A stretch of DNA of 64,000 bases from an uncultured Chloroflexia bacterium (GTDB lineage: Bacteria > Chloroflexota > Limnocylindria > Limnocylindrales > CSP1-4): assembly GCA_963813535.1 (NCBI GenBank), contig CAWEZH010000003.1, positions 1-64,000 of the forward strand, written 5' to 3'. Of this stretch, positions 56,695 to 64,000 are shown piece by piece. A program made the position numbers and the translations under genes. The first letter of the stretch is position 1. Each line of letters opens with the position of its first letter. The notes beneath the pieces are model-generated. The model searched no databases. It was not told the origin of the DNA and saw only the letters and a program-made list of their open reading frames with translations.

Positions 56695-57800
56695 ACGGGC
56701 ACCTCCCGGGCTGCGGGCCGGCTGCCCTCCGAGCGCGGGGCGGCCGCGGGGCGCGCGACCGCGCGGCGGTAGATGTCCTCGAGCGACGGCACGACCGCCC
56801 GGATGGAGGTCAGCGGCAGGTGCTCGGCCGCGACGGCTGCGAGCACGGCGGACCGGACGGTCGGTGGATCCGCGGAACGTTCGATCGACACACGCCATGG
56901 GTCGCCGGGTCGCGCCCCGTCCGAGATCGACGTCACGCCGCGGACCGCGCGAAGCACGGCCTTCGCCCGCTCGACATCAGGACCGGAGTGGACGTCGAGA
57001 CCGATCTCGAGCTCCTGCTTGCCCTCGCCGAAGCGCTCCGCGAGCTGGGCCATCGTCCCCTGCCCGATGAGCCGACCCGCCGAGAAGATGCCGATCCGAT
57101 CGCACACCGACTGGACCTGGTTGAGCAGGTGGCTCGACAGCAGGATGGCCATGCCCCGCTCGGTCACGAGGCGACGCAACAGCTCGAGGATCTCCGACAC
57201 GCCGAGCGGATCGATCGCCGTCGTCGGCTCGTCGAGGATGAGGACGTCGGGATCCTTGATCAGCGCGTCGGCGATGCCGAGGCGCTGGATCATGCCGCGC
57301 GAGTACTGCTCGACGGGGTCGTCGGCCCGATCGGTCAGGCCGACCTGCACGAGCACGGACTCGATCGTCGCTTCGGTCTCCTTGCGGTCGAGCCGGTTGA
57401 GGCGGGCCGTGTAGCGGAGGTTCTCGCGCCCCGTCATCTCGCCGTAGAAGCCGACGGCGTCGGGCAGGTAGCCGACCCTGCGCTTGACCTCGAGCGGGCC
57501 ACGCGAGGGATCGAGCCCGACGACGCGCGCAGCGCCCTCGGTCGGCTCGGTCAGTCCGAGCAACATCAGGATCGTGGTCGTCTTGCCGGCGCCGTTCTGA
57601 CCGAGGAGACCGAAGATCTCCCCGGCCCGGATGTCGAGGTCGAGGTGGTCGACCGCGACGAGCTCGTCATAGCGCTTCGTCAGACCGCGCGTCTTGATGC
57701 GGATCGGGGCGAGCCCGTCCGACGGCGTCGACCGCTCGCCGGCATCGGGTCGTCGCCCGGACCGTCGCTTCGGCGCGATCCGTCCCGGACCCGCGCTCAT
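56691..57800 (-). CDS. ABC transporter ATP-binding protein
   Basis: Walker A GQNGAGKTT, signature YSRGM, Walker B LILDEP, SSH switch. Confidence 0.95.
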   Translation of the reverse strand: MSAGPGRIAPKRRSGRRPDAGERSTPSDGLAPIRIKTRGLTKRYDELVAVDHLDLDIRAGEIFGLLGQNGAGKTTTILMLLGLTEPTEGAARVVGLDPSRGPLEVKRRVGYLPDAVGFYGEMTGRENLRYTARLNRLDRKETEATIESVLVQVGLTDRADDPVEQYSRGMIQRLGIADALIKDPDVLILDEPTTAIDPLGVSEILELLRRLVTERGMAILLSSHLLNQVQSVCDRIGIFSAGRLIGQGTMAQLAERFGEGKQELEIGLDVHSGPDVERAKAVLRAVRGVTSISDGARPGDPWRVSIERSADPPTVRSAVLAAVAAEHLPLTSIRAVVPSLEDIYRRAVARPAAAPRSEGSRPAAREVPV

Positions 57801-58972
57801 CGCCGACCGTAGGTCCGGAAGACGTAGAACAGGCCGCCGAGGATCAGCACGATGAGTGCGATCCCGACGAACGCCCAGATCGGCGAGGTCTCGACCGTGT
57901 AGCGGATCTCGACGGTATCGCCGGCCGTGTTCTCGGTCGACGCTGTCTTGAACGTGATCACGTAGTCGCCTGCCACCGCGTCGTTCGACGGCGTGATGGT
58001 GGCGTTGATCCGGCCGGTCGCCTGCGGATCGATCGAGGGCAGGCCGTCGGCGGGGTCGACCGTGACGGTCCAGCCGCTCGGTGGCGTGCCCGAAAGGGTC
58101 ACGACAGTGATGGGCGCCGTCCCGTCATTGGTGATCTCGAACGCCTGACTCGTGGCGGAGCCCGCCGAGCCGCGGGTCGACAGGACACCGCCCGGCGTCG
58201 ACAAGGACATCCCATACGAGCCGGTCACGGCGATCGACAGGTCCGTCTCGACGGTCCGCTCGCCCGCGGTGGCGGTGACCTTGATCGGATACGTGTCGGC
58301 CGGTGTGCCCTCGGCCGGTGTGGCGGAGACGCTGATGCTCTGCGTGGCGCCAGCCGTGACCACCGCCGACGCGGCATCGGTGGCACCCGTGAGCGTCGTT
58401 TCGATCGTCCAGCCGTCCGGGCCGGTCGCCGCGGCACTGACCGTGACGTCCTGGGCCGTGTCGTTCTTGAGCTGCAGGTCGAACTTGAACGACTTGTCGG
58501 AGGGCCCCGTCAACTCCGGGGTGTTGGTGGTGAGCGTGAGCGCGCCGGCCGCCTCGGCATTGACGCGCACCGAGATCGGAAGGGTGTCCGCGGCGCCGCC
58601 ACCACGTGCGTTCACGCGGAGCGTGGATGAGCCGGCAGCCGCCTCGGCCGGGACGTTGACGTCGAGCCGGACCTTGCCGGGGCTGCCCGGCGTGACGGCC
58701 ACGCCATCGACGACGTAGCCCCCACCGACCAGGCTCGCGGTCCAACCGCTCGGGACACCGCTGACCGACAGCTCGACGTCGGCCTGTCGCGTCGAATCGA
58801 CCGTCAGCTCGAAGCTGACCTTGTTGCCTGGGGCGATCGCCACGGCCGGGTAGGGTGTCGTGACCTCGAGCCCGTTCGCGGCGCCCACCGTCGGCGCGAA
58901 GACCGTGAGAACGAGTGACGAGATGACGAGCGCGAACGTCGCTGGGGCACGTCGCGCGACCCTTCTGAGCAA
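57797..58972 (-). CDS. NEW3-domain (NPCBM-associated, Ig-like) surface protein with C-terminal TM anchor
   Basis: TTG start with GAGGAGG RBS; signal peptide; TPYP; three P.GW Ig-like repeats; AVAGDY; TM helix ending FRTYGRR. Confidence 0.85.
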   Translation of the reverse strand: MLRRVARRAPATFALVISSLVLTVFAPTVGAANGLEVTTPYPAVAIAPGNKVSFELTVDSTRQADVELSVSGVPSGWTASLVGGGYVVDGVAVTPGSPGKVRLDVNVPAEAAAGSSTLRVNARGGGAADTLPISVRVNAEAAGALTLTTNTPELTGPSDKSFKFDLQLKNDTAQDVTVSAAATGPDGWTIETTLTGATDAASAVVTAGATQSISVSATPAEGTPADTYPIKVTATAGERTVETDLSIAVTGSYGMSLSTPGGVLSTRGSAGSATSQAFEITNDGTAPITVVTLSGTPPSGWTVTVDPADGLPSIDPQATGRINATITPSNDAVAGDYVITFKTASTENTAGDTVEIRYTVETSPIWAFVGIALIVLILGGLFYVFRTYGRR

Positions 58973-59155
58973 GGTTTCCCTCCTCGTGGTTCCGAAGTCA
59001 TGGTCGACTGACAGCGCCGAACAATGTGCCAAAGACGGCGGAGACGATACAACCACCATGCGATTCACACTTGGTTCGGATCACTTAACGTTCGGCCCCG
59101 TCGTTCGGGCGGAGCCCTCCGAGGACGACGGCGGAGCGCCGCGTAGACTGCCCGG

Positions 59156-60025
59156 GTGAGCCTCTATTCGCTGGCCGGGCGGGGCAGCCCGGGGGATCCA
59201 GGGGACCTGATCGCGCCGACGTTCATCGCCGCGTTCGACGGCTGGGTCGACGCGGGGAGCGCGGCGACGACCGCCCTCGAAAGCCTACTCGACGACGCGG
59301 TCGACGTCGCGACATTCGATCCGGACGCGCTCTTCGACTATCGGGCCCGGCGCCCGACGCTGCAGATCATCGACGGTCGGCTCGCCGAGCTGACCTGGCC
59401 CGAGCTCGTGGTCCGTCGCGTTCGGTTCAGCGAGCGTGATCTGCTCGTTCTGGCCGGTCCCGAGCCCGACGATCGCTGGCAGGCCTTCGCGACCGATTGC
59501 GTCGAGCTCGCACGCCGGATGGGCGTGGTCGAGTGGGTCAGTCTCGGCGCGATCCCTGCCGCGGTCCCCCATACACGGGACGTCCCGATCCTCGGCACGA
59601 CATCCGAAGCCGGGCGGCTGCGCGGCGACATCCAACCGGGCCCGGCCGGTCTCCTACGGGTGCCGGCGGCGGCCATCAGCGTCCTCGAGATGGCGATGGC
59701 CGAAGGCGGTATCCCGGCGGTGGGCTACTTCGCCCAGGTGCCGCACTACGTCTCCGGGCCGTATCCGGCCGCCTCTCTGGCGTTGATCGAGGCGCTCGGC
59801 CGGCACCTCGGCGTCGAGCTGCCGACCGGCGACCTGGCCGACGAAAGCGGTCAGCTCCGGACGCGACTCGACACCGCGACCGCGCTCGAGGAGACGACGC
59901 GCAGCTACGTCGAACGCCTCGAGTCGATGGTCGATGAGCAGCGCCTTCCCTCTGGCGACGATCTGATCGGCGAGATCGAGCGCTTCCTGCGCGAAGGTGG
60001 CACCGAGGGGCGCCGGCCGAACTGA
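59156..60025 (+). CDS. PAC2 (proteasome assembly chaperone)-family protein
   Basis: AFDGWVDAGSAA, FDYRARRP, GPEPD.RW, LGAIPAAVPHTR, AQVPHY. TAGACT lies 6 nt before the GTG. Confidence 0.88.
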   Translation: MSLYSLAGRGSPGDPGDLIAPTFIAAFDGWVDAGSAATTALESLLDDAVDVATFDPDALFDYRARRPTLQIIDGRLAELTWPELVVRRVRFSERDLLVLAGPEPDDRWQAFATDCVELARRMGVVEWVSLGAIPAAVPHTRDVPILGTTSEAGRLRGDIQPGPAGLLRVPAAAISVLEMAMAEGGIPAVGYFAQVPHYVSGPYPAASLALIEALGRHLGVELPTGDLADESGQLRTRLDTATALEETTRSYVERLESMVDEQRLPSGDDLIGEIERFLREGGTEGRRPN

Positions 60026-60057
60026 GGCGCGCCGGCTGCCGACGCCACGCCTGTACA

Positions 60058-60088
60058 TGACAGAACCTGTCAACTCTGCGGGTATGCT
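60058..60088. promoter_or_regulatory. WYL-regulator palindrome and leaderless -10
   Basis: TGACAG-AAC-CTGTCA at 60058-60072; TATGCT at 60083-60088, 6 nt before ATG 60095. Confidence 0.65.
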
Positions 60089-60094
60089 GAGCCG

Positions 60095-61085
60095 ATGCGT
60101 GCCAGCCGCCTGGTCAATATCCTGCTGCTGCTCCAGAGCCGTGGCGGGATGACTGCTGCCGAGCTCGCACGAGAGCTCGAGGTGTCGGTCCGGACCGTCC
60201 ATCGCGACGTCGAGGAACTGAGCGCGGCCGGCGTCCCGATCTTTGCGGAGCGGGGGCCGACCGGCGGGATCCGCCTCGTGGACGGCTACCGCACGCGCCT
60301 CACGGGCATGACCGCCGACGAGGCCGAGGCCCTCTTCCTCTCCGGACTGCCCGGCCCCGCTGCGCAGCTCGGCCTCGGGACGGTCGTTGCAGCGGCCCAG
60401 TTGAAGGTGATGGCGGCGCTCCCGCCGGAGCTCCGGTCACGGGCCTCGCGCCTCGTCCAGCGCTTCCATCTCGACGCGGCCAACTGGTTCCAGGCGAACG
60501 AGGAGGTGCCGCACCTGGAGACGCTGTCGACCGCGGTCTGGGAGGGCCGGAGCGTGGCGATCGACTACGACCACGGCGACGAGGTCGTCCCCCGGACGCT
60601 CGGGCCGCTGGGGCTGGTGCTGAAGGGCGGGATCTGGTATGTCGTTGCCTCGATCGATGGTCAATTGCGCACGTATCGAGCGTCACGAGTCGTCGCGGCG
60701 ACCCTCCTCGACGTCTCCGTCGACCGACCGGACGATTTCGATCTCGCGGCGTTCTGGGTCGAATTCGAGCACGGCGTTCGAGCGGGAGGCGCCGACGATC
60801 ACCGTCGACGTCCGGGTCCGGGAGGACCAGGCGTGGCGGCTCAACCAGGTCTTCGGGCGCGGGACACTCGCCGGCGGTGAACGAGTCGAGGAGACAGGTC
60901 ACCCCGGCACCATCCGGCTACGCCTGCGCCTCGGCTATCCCGACGAAGCGCCGGGATTGCTCCTGGCCGTCGGCCACAACCTCGAGGTCGTCGGTCCGCC
61001 GGAGGTACGCGACAAGGTCGTGATGCTCGCGAACCGGATCGCCGCGCGCTACCGGGACGAGGCGCCGCTCGAGGCTGGTCGCTGA
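60095..61085 (+). CDS. YafY/WYL-domain transcriptional regulator (HTH_11-WYL-WCX) with +1 frameshift near 60764
   Basis: MRASRLVNILLLLQ, LEVSVRTVHRD, PLGLVLKGGIWYVVA..RTYRASR, FDLAAFW. The WCX part (LEVVGPPEVR) is in the next frame. Span 991 nt = 3n+1. Confidence 0.88.
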
Positions 61086-61225
61086 GTGATGCGGCCGTTC
61101 CGGCTGACGACCCGGCTGGTGTCGGGCGCATCGCTCGGTCGAAGGAGTCGACGGGTGCGGAGCTCCGTCTCGATCTCGCGCTCTCGGTCGGCTTGGATGA
61201 TGCGGGCGAGTTCGATGTTCAGCAT
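61049..61225 (-). CDS. Small hypothetical protein (58 aa)
   Basis: MLNIELARIIQADREREIETELRTRRLL forms a charged helix. CACACT lies 6 nt before the ATG; the 3' end overlaps the WYL gene. Confidence 0.55.
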   Translation of the reverse strand: MLNIELARIIQADREREIETELRTRRLLRPSDAPDTSRVVSRNGRITQRPASSGASSR

Positions 61226-61350
61226 GTGGTGAGTGTGACCGTCATACATGCCGGAACATGTCATGTTTCCCGGGGCTCGGCGAAATCGCGCCTTGCACGC
61301 CTCCAAAGACACCGCAAGGCCGCTCGACGTCCCCACGCGCGAGCGGCCAG

Positions 61351-61412
61351 CGGTTCGAAATTCGGTTTCGATCGGTTCGGTATTCGGTTGTTCTTCGGTT
61401 GTTCTTCAGTTG
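61351..61412. repeat. Helically phased (T)CGGTT direct repeats
   Basis: CGGTT at 61351, 61363, 61373, 61385 and 61396 and CAGTT at 61407 (10-12 nt period); includes TTCGGTTGTTC twice. Confidence 0.7.
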
Positions 61413-61588
61413 GAGCGGTGACGGACCACCGTCCGGTAAAGTTTGCCGGCTCCGTCGTCACCCGACATCCCGCCGGAGGATCGACGCGTCGCCGGTCGAT
61501 GGTCTCGATGTCCGGCGGTCCGCTTCTTGCTGACCGCACAGTAGGTGCGTCACTGCAATGCGCCACCCGACGCCCGACATGAACCAGC

Positions 61589-61604
61589 ATGGACATTTGT
61601 CCAT
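61589..61604. promoter_or_regulatory. Palindrome over the DUF4112 promoter
   Basis: ATGGACA-TT-TGTCCAT overlaps CATACT, which ends 6 nt before ATG 61614. Confidence 0.5.
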
Positions 61605-61613
61605 ACTCGACTA

Positions 61614-62114
61614 ATGGCTGTGCACGGCGATGTCATCGGTCTCTCGCGCCGCGAACGATTCGGGGCAGCCGAGCGACGCATCGGACGCGTCACGAAGGTC
61701 CTCGACGAACTCTTCGAGGTACCGGGGACGTCGTTCAAGGTCGGCCTCGACCCGATCATCGGGCTGATCCCGGTCGCGGGCGATGCGGTCGCCGCGCTGG
61801 TCGGCGGCTGGGTGATCCTCGAGGCGGCGCGCTTCGGTATCCCGCGGATCGTCCTGGCCAGGATGGTGCTCAACCTGTCCGTCGACCTCGCCATCGGCCT
61901 GATCCCACTGATCGGCGACCTGACCGACTTCGTCTTCACGTCGAACTCGCGGAACCTCGACCTGTTCCGTCGCCATGCCCTCGACCCGGAGTCGTCGACC
62001 CGCGGTCAGCAGGCCCTGTTCGTCGGCCTGGCGCTATTGATCGTCGGGATCATCTGGCTGATCGTGAGGGCGGTCGGCGCGTTCCTCGGCGCGTTGGGGA
62101 GCGTCCGCCTCTAG
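61614..62114 (+). CDS. DUF4112-domain membrane protein
   Basis: LDELFEVPGTSFKVGLDPIIGLIPVAGD, GLIPLIGDLTDFVF..N.RN. Confidence 0.88.
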   Translation: MAVHGDVIGLSRRERFGAAERRIGRVTKVLDELFEVPGTSFKVGLDPIIGLIPVAGDAVAALVGGWVILEAARFGIPRIVLARMVLNLSVDLAIGLIPLIGDLTDFVFTSNSRNLDLFRRHALDPESSTRGQQALFVGLALLIVGIIWLIVRAVGAFLGALGSVRL

Positions 62115-62130
62115 GCGCCGCCCGCGCGTC

Positions 62131-63108
62131 CTACCCCGTCGAAGCGATACGGGGCACATTCGACGAGGCAGCCTTCTCCTCGAAGCGGCGAGCGGCCTCG
62201 TCGAGCTTGACGAGATGCTCAGCCAGCCGCCGGCGGGCGTCCTCCGCGGCCGCGTCGAGTCCCTCGAGCTCGAAGATCCTCCAGTGGCGAAGGATCGGCA
62301 TGATGACCTCGTCGTGGTGGACGCGCAGGTCGTAGATGCCGGCCTTGGCGATCTGCGCCGCCTTCCGGATGAACCCTGGGATGCTCGCTCCGGGCATCTC
62401 GAACGCGAGCACCTCGTCGACGATCGCGCGGACCGCAGCCGACGGCTGCACCTTCAGGGCAGCCCCGAGGATGTCGCGGTAGAACACCATGTGCAGGTTC
62501 TCGTCGGCGGCGATACGGACCATGATCTTGTCGGCCACCGGGTCCGACGAGTAACGCCCCGTATTGCGATGGGCGATGCGCGTCGCGAGCTCCTGGAAGG
62601 CGACGTAGGCGAGGCCGCGCAACGTGCTCGGCGCGGCATGGTCGTAGCCCTGTTGGAGTTGCGTCATGCGACCGCGCTCCAGGGCGACCGGGTCGATGTT
62701 CCGGGTGACCGTCAGGTAGTCCCGCAGGACGATCGCGTGGCGGCCTTCTTCCGCCGTCCAGCGACCGACCCAGTTGATCCATGCCCCATCGCCCTTGCCG
62801 AACATCCCGTGGATCAGCCGGTGGTACGAGGGCAGGTTGTCCTCGGTCAGGAGCCCGATCTCGAACGCCGTCTGGGCGACGCCCGTGAGCCGCGGCTGGT
62901 CGGGCGTCCAGGGCTCCTTGTCGAAGTCACGACCGAGCCGGTACGGGATGTAGTCGTGCGGGAACCACTCCTGCGCGACCTTGGCGTGCCGATCGAACAG
63001 GCGACCGGCCTCGGGCTCGAGCTCGACGAGCAGCGCCCGGTCGGCCTCCAGCGCTTCGTTGGGATCGAGCTTCTGGCCAGGCTCGAGGCGTCGGGTCGTA
63101 TCGGTCAC
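62131..63108 (-). CDS. Acyl-ACP desaturase (DesA-like, soluble di-iron)
   Basis: WFPHDYIP, LTEDNLPSYH, WTAEEGRH, YVAFQELATRIAH, IAADENLHMVFY; GTG start with AGGAG RBS. Confidence 0.93.
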   Translation of the reverse strand: MTDTTRRLEPGQKLDPNEALEADRALLVELEPEAGRLFDRHAKVAQEWFPHDYIPYRLGRDFDKEPWTPDQPRLTGVAQTAFEIGLLTEDNLPSYHRLIHGMFGKGDGAWINWVGRWTAEEGRHAIVLRDYLTVTRNIDPVALERGRMTQLQQGYDHAAPSTLRGLAYVAFQELATRIAHRNTGRYSSDPVADKIMVRIAADENLHMVFYRDILGAALKVQPSAAVRAIVDEVLAFEMPGASIPGFIRKAAQIAKAGIYDLRVHHDEVIMPILRHWRIFELEGLDAAAEDARRRLAEHLVKLDEAARRFEEKAASSNVPRIASTG

Positions 63109-63223
63109 GTGGTCTCCTGCGCGCGGTCGTGTGCGGTCATCCGGAGCGTACCCGCTCACCTGCCGGCGGCCGCCGAGACCGATGCGCTCCTGCACACGTC
63201 GGCACGACGGTAGACTCCGCCGG

Positions 63224-64000
63224 ATGCCCGAACCGCGTCGCGTCACCGCGACCCGCTATGTGACACCCCTGCGCGAAGGCGGATCGTTGCCGGGACTCGT
63301 CGAGGCGAACGATGACGGCCTCTACGTCGTGAAGTTCTATGGCGCAGGGCAGGGACCGCGCGCGCTCGTCGCGGAGTGGCTCGCCGGCGAGCTCGCGCGG
63401 GCCGTCGGGCTGGCCGTGCCCGACCTCGTCCTGATCGACGTCGACCCGGGCCTTGGCGATGCCGAGCCCGATGAGGAATTGCAGGATCTCGTGCACCGCA
63501 GCGGTGGTCTCAACCTCGGGCTCGACTTCCTGCCTGGTGCCCTGATGTTCAATCCCGCCGCCGACCCCGACGTCGATCCCGACACGGCCGCGGACATCGT
63601 CTGGCTCGACGCCTTCGTGACCAATCCGGACCGGACCGCGGCCAACCCGAACCTGCTCGTGTGGCACGGTCGGACGTGGCTGATCGACCATGGCGCCGCG
63701 CTCTACATCCACCACACGTGGCGTGATCCGGACGCCCACGCCGAGGGCGCCTTCGAGCGCATCCGCGATCACGTGCTCCTGCCGTTCGCCCGTTCGATCG
63801 CGGACGCCGATGATCGTCTGGCGCCACGACTCGTGTCCGGGGTGTTCGAGGGTCTGGCCGCGGCGATCCCGGAGACGTGGTTGCCGGATGCCGACGGTGT
63901 CGGGTCGGCCCCCGCCCAGAGGGACGCGTACGTGCGCTACCTCGAGCGCCGACTGGCAGCGCGAGCCCGGTTCGTGGAGGAGGCCGACCGTGCCCGACGC
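63224..64000 (+). CDS. HipA-like kinase (HipA_2 family), truncated by the window end
   Basis: MPEPRRVTATRYVTPLREGGSLPGLVEANDDGLYVVKFYGAGQG..LVAE, NPDRTAANPNLL, LIDHGAAL. TAGACT lies 7 nt before the ATG. Absent from the ORF track because there is no stop codon in the window. Confidence 0.88.
   Translation, partial: MPEPRRVTATRYVTPLREGGSLPGLVEANDDGLYVVKFYGAGQGPRALVAEWLAGELARAVGLAVPDLVLIDVDPGLGDAEPDEELQDLVHRSGGLNLGLDFLPGALMFNPAADPDVDPDTAADIVWLDAFVTNPDRTAANPNLLVWHGRTWLIDHGAALYIHHTWRDPDAHAEGAFERIRDHVLLPFARSIADADDRLAPRLVSGVFEGLAAAIPETWLPDADGVGSAPAQRDAYVRYLERRLAARARFVEEADRARR

Noticed and set aside
1-64000. tRNA/rRNA genes, IS elements, integrases, prophage
   Set aside because: No recognisable motifs were found by eye. 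A tRNAscan/Infernal run would be needed to exclude small RNAs fully.

Overview
High-GC (about 70% by eye) bacterial chromosomal window with about 65 densely packed accessory, regulatory and metabolic genes. I recognised no rRNA, tRNA, CRISPR-Cas, transposase or phage genes. Gene content and style suggest Chloroflexota (possibly Limnocylindria) or an actinobacterium; this is inference from the F420-type LLM and FDOR enzymes, a GAAC-N4-GTTC LexA box and many apparently leaderless genes with a TANNNT -10 box. Main blocks: (1) a NarL-type two-component pair and a TetR/epoxide hydrolase pair; (2) a META-pepA-abgT-SLC13-epoxide hydrolase run; (3) cupin/TetR genes and a secreted M1 peptidase; (4) a LacI-linked L-arabinose/beta-L-arabinofuranoside operon (ABC transporter, araA, GH127, araD, araB); (5) a MocR regulator facing an unannotated 42-aa membrane protein; (6) an ECF42 sigma/YciI locus whose two divergent TGTCGA-N17-CGAC promoters enclose a palindrome-bearing 72-bp tandem array; (7) a YcaQ-like glycosylase and a LexA-boxed SPL-family radical SAM gene; (8) a TetR-controlled GcvT-like plus phytoene-dehydrogenase-like pair; (9) a NEW3-ABC module; (10) PAC2, a WYL regulator, an intergenic region with helically phased AACCG repeats, an acyl-ACP desaturase and a HipA-like kinase running off the window end. 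Three genes carry single +1 frameshifts that are probably assembly errors. All family calls come from motif recognition, not database searches.
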